This document shows, piece by piece, positions 18,563 through 28,432 of a stretch of DNA of 64,000 bases (position 1 is the stretch's first letter; each line of letters opens with the position of its first letter). The notes beneath the pieces were generated by a model. That model was not told where the DNA came from. It searched no databases and saw only the letters and a list, made by a program, of their open reading frames with translations. A program made the translations under genes and the position numbers. Origin of the DNA: an uncultured Ignavibacteriales bacterium. GTDB lineage: Bacteria; Zixibacteria; MSB-5A5; GN15; FEB-12. The DNA lies in contig CAYXJN010000001.1 in assembly GCA_964464605.1 (NCBI GenBank), positions 379,068 through 443,067 of the forward strand, written 5' to 3'.

Positions 18563-20171
18563 TCAGACAGTGTTAGAGGGAACCATGTCAGCTCGCAGAA
18601 CAACTGTTATCGATATTGAACACGCGGAAACCGGCACCCGCCCCAGCCCGCGGCTTAAAAAAGCATTTACGCAAAAAAGAGAAAAGCTCACGCGTTCATC
18701 GGTCTATCAGATTTCAGCCGATGAACCCTTTCGTTTATCCGCCCAATCGATTCCGGCCACGCTTTCATTAACGGCGCGGCTCGCTCGATTTTTACTGGTT
18801 GCGGCGTCAGGGCATTTTGTAACGGGTGTGGTTTCATCATTGGTGTTGTATCTCGCGCTGACTATCAGCGGATACACGCTCTCCACTGCCTGGCCGGTGT
18901 TTGCCGCGTGGGGTGCGATTCGCATTGGCCTCTATTTATTCAGTGGTCCGGTACGAACGTTTACTTCTCCCCTCGTTCGCAAAAGCACAAAAAGCCTTAT
19001 TCAGGTGGAAACGCTGCTCTTTTTACTTTTGGCAGCCGGCAGTTTTCTGTTCGGATTGCCGACTGACCGTTTCGCGCTCTTTATGTTCGGCGCCCTAAAC
19101 GTGTTTTCACTCGTTTTGTTATCCTATACCTCCCGTGTCGGGATGAATTACTGGCGCTCGGTGCACACCGAAAACGGAACGGTACAGTTAGAAAAACAGG
19201 TTATTATCGTCGGAACCGGTGACCGGGCCAAAAATATCGCCGACACCGTCCTTTCCGCCCCCGAACTGAATACCTCCCTTCGCGGGTTTTTGGATTATAG
19301 CCGCCATGATCTCTGGCGGTACCGGGATATCCCGCTGATGGGGCATCCGGATGCTATCCGCCGGATTATCGCCGAAGGGCAGGTGGATGCCATCATTATC
19401 GCCGTCGACTTGGAAGATTTACCAAAAACCAAATCTTTATTTACCGCTGCCGAGGAAATGGGTGTTACTATCTACCTGCTTCCCGACCTGTACCAACAGC
19501 GGGTGGCGCGCAGTGAAGTTGGTTCGATAGATGGCACGGCAACGTATGTCTACCGTAGTGTGCCGGATAATCGCGCCGGATTGATCGCCAAATCGGTGAT
19601 CGACCGAATCGGCGCCTTGTGTGGATTGCTTATTGCCTCGCCGGTTATGTTAGCGGCGGCTATCGCAATCAAAATCGATAGCCACGGGCCGGTGTTGTTC
19701 AAGCAGCGTCGCTGCGGAAAAAACGGAAGAGTATTTGAAATTTTCAAGTTCCGGACGATGTGTTCGGATGCCGAAGCGAAAAAGAAGGAACTGTCCGTGC
19801 ATAACCAGATGTCCGGTCCGGTATTCAAAATGAAAGCTGATCCGCGCATAACCAAAGTCGGCCGTTTTCTGCGTAAGTATTCAATCGATGAGCTTCCGCA
19901 GTTGTTCAATGTGCTCTTTGGTGAAATGTCATTGGTCGGGCCGCGTCCGCCGCTTCCGACGGAAGTCATCAACTATGAACCATGGCAGCATCGCAAATTA
20001 TCGGTGCGGCCGGGACTGACCTGTATTTGGCAGGTCAACGGACGGAACGCGATCGATTTTGAAGACTGGATGCGATTGGATTTACAATACATCGACAACT
20101 GGTCCCTTTGGCAGGACGCCAAAATTTTAGCCAAAACAATACCGACTGTGCTGAAAGGCTCAGGATTATAA
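18555..20171 (+). CDS. priming glycosyltransferase (polyprenyl glycosylphosphotransferase, WcaJ/WbaP-like)
   Basis: N-terminal TMs; KFRTM, DPRITKVGRFLRKYSIDELPQLFNVLFGEMSLVGPRP, PGLTCIWQVNGR, DLQYIDNWS. Confidence 0.95.
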   Translation: MNNQTVLEGTMSARRTTVIDIEHAETGTRPSPRLKKAFTQKREKLTRSSVYQISADEPFRLSAQSIPATLSLTARLARFLLVAASGHFVTGVVSSLVLYLALTISGYTLSTAWPVFAAWGAIRIGLYLFSGPVRTFTSPLVRKSTKSLIQVETLLFLLLAAGSFLFGLPTDRFALFMFGALNVFSLVLLSYTSRVGMNYWRSVHTENGTVQLEKQVIIVGTGDRAKNIADTVLSAPELNTSLRGFLDYSRHDLWRYRDIPLMGHPDAIRRIIAEGQVDAIIIAVDLEDLPKTKSLFTAAEEMGVTIYLLPDLYQQRVARSEVGSIDGTATYVYRSVPDNRAGLIAKSVIDRIGALCGLLIASPVMLAAAIAIKIDSHGPVLFKQRRCGKNGRVFEIFKFRTMCSDAEAKKKELSVHNQMSGPVFKMKADPRITKVGRFLRKYSIDELPQLFNVLFGEMSLVGPRPPLPTEVINYEPWQHRKLSVRPGLTCIWQVNGRNAIDFEDWMRLDLQYIDNWSLWQDAKILAKTIPTVLKGSGL

Positions 20172-20193
20172 CGAACGAATAATGAGGTCACGG

Positions 20194-21708
20194 ATGACCA
20201 TGAATACACTGACTGCTGCACAGGATGTGTGGCGCACGATTGCGAAACTGCTTACCGGCAGCCTGCTTTTTTATCTTAGTTTTCATGCTTCAACAAAAGC
20301 GGATGGTATTATCCCGGTCGGACGGCCGGAGTTTAATTTTGTTTATGATCGTTTGGAACGTCAGGAAGCGCTGTCATCGACAGCTTTTCGTTATACAACG
20401 GGACCGGTCTGGTTCAATGAAACCGAACTGGGTAGTACGCCGTTTTCAGACCTTATTACAAACAGCCAGCGGCAAATTGTCGCATTTGGCGCTTTGGGAG
20501 AGCATTTCGGTACTGCCAGATCGCAGAAATCATTTGGGTATGAGCGTATCGCCGCCGGAGGTTCTGCGCAGCCGATTAAAAATTTGCAGTTATTCGCGAA
20601 TTTCCGTCTGGATGAGCAACTCGCCAAAAGTCCGGATTACAGCGGTAAAAAATGGCGTGGGTTAGCCGGAGAAGTGGAAAATGCATTCGTGCATTACCAT
20701 CATGGTATGTTCGATATCACTGCTGGTCGTTTTGCGCAATTCTGGGGACCGCGCAATTCATTGGTGTTGTCATCACAGACAACGCTCGACGGTCTTGCCT
20801 ATTCTTTCCGCTGGGGGAGACTAAACCTCAGTTATCGCTTAGCGCGGTTGAATTCCTTTTACCCAGAACGGGATAGCGTTTTAGCGACTTCCAATGTCGA
20901 AAATGAAAATCGGTACTTTGCGGGACATCGGCTCGATGTTCGCGTGAGCAATAATCTCAACATCGCCCTGTTTGAAACCGTCATTTTCGGCGGGCCGGGG
21001 CGGCAGATCGATTTGTATTATCTCAACCCGATTCTGTTTTATCACAGCGCGCAGTTAAACGACGGCGCCGATGACAACACGCTTTTGGGATTTGATATCA
21101 CTGCGCGGCCGATGAAGCACCTGAAGGTGTATGGACAATTGCTTGTCGATGATTTCCAACTCGACAGAAAAACGCAGGCGGATGAAGAGCCGGATCAGTT
21201 CGGCGTTTTATTCGGCGGCTATTTTGCCAAAATATTTTCGCAGACCGATTTTCAGTGGGAATACACCCGTGTTACTAACTGGACATTCAACCAGCCGAAA
21301 CCGCGCAACCGGTATGTGATGAACAACATCCCGATCGGCGGAGTATCCGGAAATGATTACGACCAGTTCACGTTCTCCGTCATTCGCTGGCTGCGGGATG
21401 ATTTACATGTTTCGTTCGATTACGGTATCCGTCAACAAGGGGAAGGAAGTATCGCTGCTGAATGGACAGAGCCGTGGATGGATGTCGAAGGGGATTACAA
21501 TGAATCTTTCCCAACCGGCGTGGTTGAAAATACCACGACGACCGGCTTTGGGCTGACCGGATATGTAACTTCGTTTTTGTATCTGAATGTCGATGCCGGT
21601 ATGGAATGGGTTCGCAATGTGAACCATGTCGATGGCGCGCACCGGACCTCTCCCTTTATCCGCGCTAATATCGCGACGTTCTTTTTGCAGTCGATAGGCA
21701 TTGATTGA
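20194..21708 (+). CDS. capsule assembly Wzi-family outer-membrane protein
   Basis: GR..FWGP..SLVLS, RYFAGHRLD, FETVIFGG, DNTLLGFD, YGQLLVDD; start uncertain (20182-20200). Confidence 0.75.
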   Translation: MTMNTLTAAQDVWRTIAKLLTGSLLFYLSFHASTKADGIIPVGRPEFNFVYDRLERQEALSSTAFRYTTGPVWFNETELGSTPFSDLITNSQRQIVAFGALGEHFGTARSQKSFGYERIAAGGSAQPIKNLQLFANFRLDEQLAKSPDYSGKKWRGLAGEVENAFVHYHHGMFDITAGRFAQFWGPRNSLVLSSQTTLDGLAYSFRWGRLNLSYRLARLNSFYPERDSVLATSNVENENRYFAGHRLDVRVSNNLNIALFETVIFGGPGRQIDLYYLNPILFYHSAQLNDGADDNTLLGFDITARPMKHLKVYGQLLVDDFQLDRKTQADEEPDQFGVLFGGYFAKIFSQTDFQWEYTRVTNWTFNQPKPRNRYVMNNIPIGGVSGNDYDQFTFSVIRWLRDDLHVSFDYGIRQQGEGSIAAEWTEPWMDVEGDYNESFPTGVVENTTTTGFGLTGYVTSFLYLNVDAGMEWVRNVNHVDGAHRTSPFIRANIATFFLQSIGID

Positions 21709-21712
21709 TTTC

Positions 21713-21741
21713 GTAGGTCAAAACCCCTGCGGTTTTGACAT
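21713..21741 (+). repeat. GTAG-type REP-like unit
   Basis: GTAGGTCAAAACCCCTGCGGTTTTGACAT, identical over 29 nt to 6190-6218. Confidence 0.8.
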
Positions 21742-21835
21742 CTTTCAGAGGATGACATCAGGGCTTGCCAGCGGGTCATTTCTCTATTACTTATTACCCA
21801 GTTAATACGAAAAATGCATAAAGGAGACTTTCGCC

Positions 21836-22888
21836 ATGATTGCCAAAATAGAGCAGCTGCTCGGAGCCGATGCCGCGCTTTTGAAACATGAATCCAAGGG
21901 GATACCCAAAAGCCGGCTGCATTTGCCGGGTGCCGATTTTGTAACCCGTATCTATTCACAAACCGACCGTACCCCGGCGGTGATGCGCTCGCTGCAGTCG
22001 ATGTTTTCGCATGGCCGTTTAGCCGGAACCGGATATTTGTCCATTTTGCCGGTCGATCAGGGAATCGAACACTCGGCGGGAGCGTCATTCGCACCGAATC
22101 CGGACTATTTTGATCCGGCAAAAATCGTTGAACTCGCAATCGAAGGGGGTTGCAACGCAGTGGCTTCGACCTACGGCGTGCTCGGCGCGGTCTCACGGCG
22201 GTATGCGCATCGCATTCCGTTCATGCTCAAGCTCAACCATAACGAACTGATGACCTACCCGAACAAATTCGATCAGGTAATGTTCGCTAATATCAAAAAT
22301 GCGTTTGATATGGGCGCGGTTTCGGTAGGCGCGACAATCTATTTCGGCTCAGATGAATCAACCCGTCAGCTGCAGGAAGTGACCGAAGCATTTTCACGGG
22401 CGCATGAACTCGGCATGTTCACCGTGCTCTGGTGCTACACTCGCAATAATGCCTTTAAGACGGCGGAAAAAGATTATCATGTTTCAGCCGATCTGACCGG
22501 ACAGGCGAACCATTTGGGTGTGACAATCGAGGCGGATATTATTAAACAAAAAATGCCTGAAAACAACGGCGGCTATAACGCGCTCAAATTCGGCAAGACG
22601 CACAAATATGTGTATGAAAAACTTACGACTGATAACCCGATTGATCTGTGTCGCTATCAGGTTGCCAACTGCTATATGGGGCGTATTCCGCTTATCAATT
22701 CGGGCGGTGCATCATCAGGTGAAACCGATCTGGCCGAAGCAGTAAAAACAGCGGTGATCAACAAACGTGCTGGTGGTACTGGTCTTATTTCCGGTCGTAA
22801 AGCATTCCAACGCCCGCTCGCCGAAGGCGTCCAGTTGTTACATACCATTCAGGATGTCTATCTCTGCAATGAGGTGACGGTAGCGTAG
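21836..22888 (+). CDS. fbaB: class I fructose-bisphosphate aldolase (DhnA type)
   Basis: [59 protein letters not shown]. Confidence 0.95.
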   Translation: MIAKIEQLLGADAALLKHESKGIPKSRLHLPGADFVTRIYSQTDRTPAVMRSLQSMFSHGRLAGTGYLSILPVDQGIEHSAGASFAPNPDYFDPAKIVELAIEGGCNAVASTYGVLGAVSRRYAHRIPFMLKLNHNELMTYPNKFDQVMFANIKNAFDMGAVSVGATIYFGSDESTRQLQEVTEAFSRAHELGMFTVLWCYTRNNAFKTAEKDYHVSADLTGQANHLGVTIEADIIKQKMPENNGGYNALKFGKTHKYVYEKLTTDNPIDLCRYQVANCYMGRIPLINSGGASSGETDLAEAVKTAVINKRAGGTGLISGRKAFQRPLAEGVQLLHTIQDVYLCNEVTVA

Positions 22889-22900
22889 GTGGGGCTATAT

Positions 22901-23542
22901 ATGAAACTGATTCGTATCTCAGTTCTGTCACTTCTTATTGTATCGTTATGCTCGGTTGTTTTTGCTGAGCCGCCGTACGATAACAAGAGAGGCACGATTA
23001 TTTACCAATCGCGTGATACCGGATGCGTGTGGGATGAGTCGTATCCTGTGCCAAAGCATATCATTTACTTCGATTCCTGTACTGAAGCAAACCCTTGTAC
23101 TATTCTCGGTACAAACGGATATGTACTCTATGATTTCAAGTACTGCGAATTCTTTGAGATCGTTCTTGGGGAATCGGTAGAATTTCCGGACTATTCTTCT
23201 GACTACTTTCTTATGCCTATAGCTCCCGATGGCCGAAAAGCAGTCCTCATTTTTAGTTGTGATATGTGTGGCACTGCCTGGGCGGACGCATATTTTGTAA
23301 GGCACGACGGTGTGGGTGGTTTTGAATTGCAGAGTCTTGAGATTGTGCGCAACATTGACTGCGTGTTTGCTGACGATAAGCCCTGGAGAGTCAATAAAGA
23401 TGGTGCCGTCACATTGCTTGGGCGCGATTTACGATATGATTCAGAAGCACAAGAAAATCCAGCGGACACATCAGAGTTTTTTACTTATGACATTGCCACA
23501 ATCTATTACGATGCCACTGGCGATAGTCTGGCTGTGAAGTAG
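22901..23542 (+). CDS. secreted hypothetical protein, Cys-containing
   Basis: Signal peptide; begins 12 nt after the fbaB stop; no recognised domain. Confidence 0.65.
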   Translation: MKLIRISVLSLLIVSLCSVVFAEPPYDNKRGTIIYQSRDTGCVWDESYPVPKHIIYFDSCTEANPCTILGTNGYVLYDFKYCEFFEIVLGESVEFPDYSSDYFLMPIAPDGRKAVLIFSCDMCGTAWADAYFVRHDGVGGFELQSLEIVRNIDCVFADDKPWRVNKDGAVTLLGRDLRYDSEAQENPADTSEFFTYDIATIYYDATGDSLAVK

Positions 23543-23651
23543 CCACTTCGGGTGGCACACCCTTTAGGGTGTGATAATCCAGATGTCAAAACCACGGGGG
23601 TTTTGACCTACTCAATGTATATGTTTTGTACCCCACCCATCGGGTGGGTTC
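23539..23651. repeat. REP-like palindrome cluster 3
   Basis: GTGGCACACCCTTTAGGGTGTG (23552-23573); minus-strand GTAGGTCAAAACCCCCGTGGTTTTGACAT (23583-23611); CCCACCC-atc-GGGTGGG. Confidence 0.75.
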
Positions 23652-23679
23652 TTTTGAAAAAGGCTGAACTACAAAAAGT

Positions 23680-24219
23680 ATGAAAGTGTTTCAAAGAACA
23701 TTTGGTGTTCTATCGATAGCAGTATTGATACTCACTATCGGCTGCGTTCCAATCTTCACGCAGTATGATGTCAAATCCGATGAATTTTCACGCAAGAAAC
23801 CTTCGATACTCGGCGCAATTACTTTCCGTATTCCTGACGCGGTTTTTGTTCGGGAAAATGATTCCGTATCAATCAAGCTAAACGCGAAATTTCATCAGCA
23901 TGAGAAAAGATTGTATATCTCAATGACGATAAATAATGCATCACAGACAGATTATCTTTTCGATCCGCAGAAACTACAGTTTACGCATGACACGATTGTA
24001 TTGACTCCTGAAGGGGTTACGGCAAATCGCGCGTATGTTCCGGCCTCACGCGCGTTTTTTCTCCCGCAAAAGAAAGATCTAGAAATAAAAGCAACGTTCG
24101 TTGGTGATATTTTCAAACAGCACATAGATTCATTCACGATACACTTTGGTGGATTATATTCTGTGCAACAAAGCGATTCGATTGATATAGGGAATGTTTT
24201 GTTTACTTGCTGTTCATAA
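23680..24219 (+). CDS. hypothetical lipoprotein
   Basis: Signal peptide ending TIGC; AT-rich; no recognised domain. Confidence 0.65.
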   Translation: MKVFQRTFGVLSIAVLILTIGCVPIFTQYDVKSDEFSRKKPSILGAITFRIPDAVFVRENDSVSIKLNAKFHQHEKRLYISMTINNASQTDYLFDPQKLQFTHDTIVLTPEGVTANRAYVPASRAFFLPQKKDLEIKATFVGDIFKQHIDSFTIHFGGLYSVQQSDSIDIGNVLFTCCS

Positions 24220-24265
24220 TAATTAGCCGCGCTCGCCATCATTCGACTTCGCTCACGATAAAAAT

Positions 24266-24297
24266 AAAAAAGCGGTGCATCTTTCGATGCGCCGCTT
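24266..24297 (-). terminator. intrinsic terminator between convergent genes
   Basis: AGCGGTGCATC/GATGCGCCGCT stem with A-run on its left. Confidence 0.75.
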
Positions 24298-24319
24298 ATA
24301 CATTCAATCGAGAATAAAC

Positions 24320-24754
24320 TTACTTCGTAGAATCAGCCGGGGCAGCTTCGGTACTTCCGGCATCAATCGTAAAAGTCGTGCTGCCGATAGTGGCACCGGA
24401 AGCATCTACCACCTTCACTTCCCAGTTACCTGTCCATGAAGGGAGAATGCTCTTGGAACTCCATGTACGCCAGCTTGAGCCGTTGATTCGCAATTCGACC
24501 GAGGCCATCTCGGTACCGTTGTGGCTGTAGACATGCTTGACGGTCGATTCACCCGCACCGCCGGTGATTCTGCTCCAGACATACACTTTGCCAACCGTCG
24601 CGGGGAAGCTGGATGCCTCTCCCACGATCATGCGATCGGCAATTTCAGTACCGACTTTTACTTCCGCCGACATCGAGACGGTGTTTTCCTGCGCGAACGC
24701 GCTGATCGCGAACAAACTCACGATAGCTGCAAAAAGAAGAGACACGGATTTCAT
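24320..24754 (-). CDS. secreted DUF2914-like Ig-fold protein
   Basis: GGAGG RBS, signal peptide, VYVWSRI..VKHVY..SWRTWSSKSI..WTGNWEVKV. Confidence 0.8.
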   Translation of the reverse strand: MKSVSLLFAAIVSLFAISAFAQENTVSMSAEVKVGTEIADRMIVGEASSFPATVGKVYVWSRITGGAGESTVKHVYSHNGTEMASVELRINGSSWRTWSSKSILPSWTGNWEVKVVDASGATIGSTTFTIDAGSTEAAPADSTK

Positions 24755-24784
24755 ATATCATTCCTCCCTTAAATTGTGGTATTA

Positions 24785-25567
24785 CTATTTCGTAAACAAC
24801 TCATCAAAAAAGTCGCGCATCGCCTGCCAGGAACGATGATCAGCGCTTTCATTGTAGGCATATCCGCCGCTGACGTTGTCGCCAGCTTTCGGATTCGTGA
24901 ATCCGTGCACCGCGCCGCTAAATGACGTAAACTGCCAGTCAGCTTTCGCGTCGTTCATTTCTTTTTCGAATTTGGTAATCGATTCAGGGGCGACATACGG
25001 ATCAATCGCGCCATGCAGCACGAGTATTTTTGCTTTCGGAGTTGCAGTAGCGGGTGTGGATGTTTCCAAATTACCGTGAAAAGAAACGACACCGTTCACA
25101 TTAGCACCACTTCGCGCCAGTTCGAGCACAACGGTACCGCCAAAACAGTAGCCGATAGCGGCGATTCGGGATGAGTCAACCAACATATTCCCTTTCAACC
25201 AGTCAACTGCAGCCTGAATTCGGGCGCGCATGAGCGGGCGGTCATTCCGGTACTGGGTCGCGAGTTTACCTGCCTCCTCGGCGTTTTGTGCCCGCACTCC
25301 TTTGCCGTAGATATCTGCCGCGAATGCAACATAGCCGAGTTTGGCCAGCGAATCGCAGCGCCATTTGGCGTATTCGTTGAGCCCCATCCATTCATGGACG
25401 ACGATGACGCCGGGGCGGAGGGCAGAAATAGCATCGTCATACGCTATATACCCTTCGAGTGTCGTTTCCCCTTGCTTGTATTCGATTATATCTGTTACAA
25501 TTTTCCCCTGCGAGGTTGACGTGATTAGGATGGCGAGAACTGCTCCAAACAAGATTCCTTTTTTCAT
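24785..25567 (-). CDS. dienelactone hydrolase family protein, secreted
   Basis: VVHEWMG, GYCFGG, SFHG, HGAIDP, AVHGFT; GGAGG RBS before ATG 25567. Confidence 0.9.
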   Translation of the reverse strand: MKKGILFGAVLAILITSTSQGKIVTDIIEYKQGETTLEGYIAYDDAISALRPGVIVVHEWMGLNEYAKWRCDSLAKLGYVAFAADIYGKGVRAQNAEEAGKLATQYRNDRPLMRARIQAAVDWLKGNMLVDSSRIAAIGYCFGGTVVLELARSGANVNGVVSFHGNLETSTPATATPKAKILVLHGAIDPYVAPESITKFEKEMNDAKADWQFTSFSGAVHGFTNPKAGDNVSGGYAYNESADHRSWQAMRDFFDELFTK

Positions 25568-25631
25568 TGTGTACCTCCATGGTGAGTCGTTTGCATAACG
25601 CAAGATACACGTTTCCCTGATTAGACACAAG

Positions 25632-25659
25632 TTGACGAAACTGTCGACATCCATATATT
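25632..25659 (+). promoter_or_regulatory. putative sigma70 promoter (leaderless LysE gene)
   Basis: TTGACG-16nt-TATATT-6nt-ATG. Confidence 0.55.
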
Positions 25660-25665
25660 GGGAAT

Positions 25666-26295
25666 ATGATAATCGAAACATCCCAACTGCTGTTATTCAT
25701 GGCCGCCGGGTTGATGCTTAATCTGACACCCGGGCCGGATATGCTGTATGTCGCCACCCGATCGATGCATCAGGGGCAAAAAGCGGGAGTTGTGTCGGCG
25801 CTTGGGATTGGCGCAGGGAGTATTGTCCATTGTCTGGCGGCGGCGTTCGGTCTTTCGGCGGTGCTGATGTATTCCGCGACTGCGTTTATGGTTATCAAAT
25901 TCGCCGGAGCGGCGTATCTGATTTATTTGGGAATCAGAACGATCTTGAGTAAACAAACTCTCGGTGTACCGAATGTCGAAACGGCAAGTTTGCGCAAAAT
26001 GTTCTGGCAGGGCGTCATTACCAATATTCTCAATCCCAAAATCGCGTTGTTCTTTTTGGCGTTTCTGCCGCAATTTGTGAACGTGGATAAAGGAAACACA
26101 GCACTTCAAATTCTGTTTTTAGGGACACTTTTTAATATCTCCGGAACAACAGTCAACACGCTTGTCGGTTTGTTTGCCGGGTACGCCGGTACGCGGTTGA
26201 TGCGCAGTCCGAAGGGGATGACCATTCAACGCTGGGTGACCGGTTCTGTCTTTTTGGCGCTTGGCGCGCGGCTGGCATTTGCCGAACGAAAGTAA
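25666..26295 (+). CDS. LysE/RhtB family amino-acid exporter
   Basis: TPGPDMLYV, KFAGAAYLIYLG, NILNPKIALFFLAFLPQF. Confidence 0.95.
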   Translation: MIIETSQLLLFMAAGLMLNLTPGPDMLYVATRSMHQGQKAGVVSALGIGAGSIVHCLAAAFGLSAVLMYSATAFMVIKFAGAAYLIYLGIRTILSKQTLGVPNVETASLRKMFWQGVITNILNPKIALFFLAFLPQFVNVDKGNTALQILFLGTLFNISGTTVNTLVGLFAGYAGTRLMRSPKGMTIQRWVTGSVFLALGARLAFAERK

Positions 26296-26417
26296 ACAGA
26301 CCCCAACTTTTCTCGCTTGAATCATATTTACCCTGTCTTGTATATTTTCTATGATGATACCGGCTGACAAAGCCGGAGTGATATTCAACGTATTACGGGA
26401 ATGTTCAGGAGGAATCT

Positions 26418-26831
26418 ATGTTCACCGCCGCACGTAATCTGTCTAAGGGGATGTTGTTGGCTGCCGTTGTGCTGTTTGCATCGGCACAGGTTTTCGCGCA
26501 GGACCCGACCAAAATCGGTCCGGATGTTTACAAAACGATTTTCGAAAACGAACGTATTCGGGTAAACGAAATCAATTTTGCCAAAGGGGCGAAAATCGGC
26601 ATGCACTCGCATCCGGACCATGTCGTCTATTGGGTTGAGGGCGGAACGCTCCGCATCTTTAATCCGGATAGCACAAGCGTGGAAGTGACCGGTAAAGCCG
26701 GTGAAGTGCTCTGGCTTCCGGCTTGCACCCATGCCGGCGAGAATATCGGCGAGACTGCTATAAAACTCGTTCAGGTTGAACTCAAAGAACCGGCGCCGAT
26801 GAAACAACCGGCCGACACGACGAAGAAGTAA
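26418..26831 (+). CDS. secreted cupin-domain protein
   Basis: AGGAGG RBS, signal peptide, FENERIRV..MHSHP..H..ENIG..VELK. Confidence 0.8.
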   Translation: MFTAARNLSKGMLLAAVVLFASAQVFAQDPTKIGPDVYKTIFENERIRVNEINFAKGAKIGMHSHPDHVVYWVEGGTLRIFNPDSTSVEVTGKAGEVLWLPACTHAGENIGETAIKLVQVELKEPAPMKQPADTTKK

Positions 26832-26845
26832 GTTGATTGTATATA

Positions 26846-26871
26846 CGCGGCGTGCCAAACGGTACGCCGCG
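26846..26871 (+). other. GC-rich intergenic hairpin without U-tract
   Basis: CGCGGCGTGCC-AAAC-GGTACGCCGCG. Confidence 0.5.
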
Positions 26872-26887
26872 ATATCGAAAGGACGAA

Positions 26888-27079
26888 ATGGACACCCCAG
26901 TAAAAATTACGATCAGCCCGAACGGATCAGCCAAAATTGAAACTGAGAGGGCGGAGATTCATATGCCGGATGGTACGGTGATAATTAAAGAGGGAAAGTT
27001 TTCGCTTTGCCGCTGCGGTGCATCACTGACCAAACCATTCTGCGATGGCACGCATAAGACGAATGGATTTCAAGGGTGA
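26888..27079 (+). CDS. CDGSH iron-sulfur domain protein
   Basis: LCRCGASLTKPFCDGTH; AAGGA RBS. Confidence 0.9.
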   Translation: MDTPVKITISPNGSAKIETERAEIHMPDGTVIIKEGKFSLCRCGASLTKPFCDGTHKTNGFQG

Positions 27080-27104
27080 CGTTGTCACTTTTGCGCTTCG
27101 CGTT

Positions 27105-27452
27105 TTAGAATCCGAACCGCCACCACTTTTTACCCACATTATTGTCGGCCCACGCAAACAATGTCATAGCATCTGTGGTTTGTGGTTTTGGCTGTTTAAT
27201 TTTGCGTAGTTCTCCATAACGAGAAATAGCAGCTAGTAATTTGTCGAGTTCAACTGTTTCCGAAAGCAGTTTTGCACATACCTCATCACCTTTCATGTAC
27301 AATTCCACCGGTAGTCCTAGACTATCCCACCCCGTATACTCCTGTGCTTCAATGTCAATCGCTTCAAAATGATCTAAGTGTGCAACGGTATCGATACGAC
27401 TCATGTAATGATCGGTATCTTTGAAAAAGAGAGGATACGAGATTTCACGCAT
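27105..27452 (-). CDS. hypothetical protein, AT-rich
   Basis: 115-aa ORF starting 6 nt after the nfo stop; ends KKWWRFGF. Confidence 0.55.
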   Translation of the reverse strand: MREISYPLFFKDTDHYMSRIDTVAHLDHFEAIDIEAQEYTGWDSLGLPVELYMKGDEVCAKLLSETVELDKLLAAISRYGELRKIKQPKPQTTDAMTLFAWADNNVGKKWWRFGF

Positions 27453-27458
27453 GAATGT

Positions 27459-28307
27459 TTACTTCTTTACTAAACTCCGCAGTACTTTAAGATTTTGAAT
27501 ATCCTCTTTCAAGTCTTCTTCTTTAGGCGTCTCGAGGATTTTCGGGATTTTGGCGAGGCGGGAATCGTTGATGATATTGCGGAATCCTTCTAATCCAATC
27601 TTTCCTTTTCCGATATGTTCGTGTCGATCTTTCTTTGATCCCAAATCCCCTTTGCTGTCGTTCATGTGGATGATCTGGATTCGGTCGATACCGATGATAT
27701 CATCAAACGCTTTCATCGTCTTCTTATAATCAGCTGGATCGCTTAACGGGTAACCGGATGCGAACACATGGCAAGTGTCAAAACAAACACCGACTTTCTT
27801 TTTGTTTTCCACTTTGCTGATCATGTAGGCGATCTGTTCGAATTTGTAACCGAGGTTCGAACCCTGTCCGGCAGTCACTTCCAACAGCAGCATCACGTTA
27901 TTGTCTTTCAGCATGCCGAATAGCTTATTGATGTTTTTCGAAATCTGATTCATCCCCTTTTCTTCCCCTTCACCAACGTGTGAACCGGGATGAAAAACCA
28001 AAGAAGGAATTTTCAAAATCTCGCATCGTTCCATTTCGAGCTTGATACCGGCAATTGATTTATCTTCCAGTTCTTTGTTGGGAGAGGCCAAGTTGATCAG
28101 ATAACTGGCGTGCGAAGTGCTGACCGTGATACCGGTCTCTTTTTGCAGGTCAAAATACTTTTTGAGTTCCGCATCTTTGAGCGCCGCCGCCCGCCATTGG
28201 GCGTTTGATTTATTGAATATCTGGACTGTGTCACACGTAGCTGTTTGTCCGTGAATAATGGCGTTGAAAACGCCGCCTGATATAGATTCATGCGCGCCGA
28301 AGAGCAT
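27459..28307 (-). CDS. nfo: endonuclease IV
   Basis: GAHESISGG, HASYLINLAS, FHPGSH, LEVTAGQG, CFDTCHVFASGY, HMNDSK, DRHEHIG, ILETPK. Confidence 0.95.
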   Translation of the reverse strand: MLFGAHESISGGVFNAIIHGQTATCDTVQIFNKSNAQWRAAALKDAELKKYFDLQKETGITVSTSHASYLINLASPNKELEDKSIAGIKLEMERCEILKIPSLVFHPGSHVGEGEEKGMNQISKNINKLFGMLKDNNVMLLLEVTAGQGSNLGYKFEQIAYMISKVENKKKVGVCFDTCHVFASGYPLSDPADYKKTMKAFDDIIGIDRIQIIHMNDSKGDLGSKKDRHEHIGKGKIGLEGFRNIINDSRLAKIPKILETPKEEDLKEDIQNLKVLRSLVKK

Positions 28308-28388
28308 CTGGTCACCTTTCATTAGGTACTACTTTTCGGCAACATACAAAGGACGCGGCGGTTAGCGCAATCGCCGGATTTTGCCAAT

Positions 28389-28414
28389 AAAAAAGCCCCG
28401 AAGACCGGGGCTTT
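28389..28414 (-). terminator. intrinsic terminator
   Basis: GCCCCG/CGGGGC stem with A6 on its left. Confidence 0.75.
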
Positions 28415-28432
28415 GTAAAGCGGTCAGGCTTT

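Noticed and set aside
24242..24259. TTCGACTTCGCTCACGAT, resembling half of another class of short dispersed palindromic repeat
   Set aside because: Single copy with no complementary partner seen in this window.
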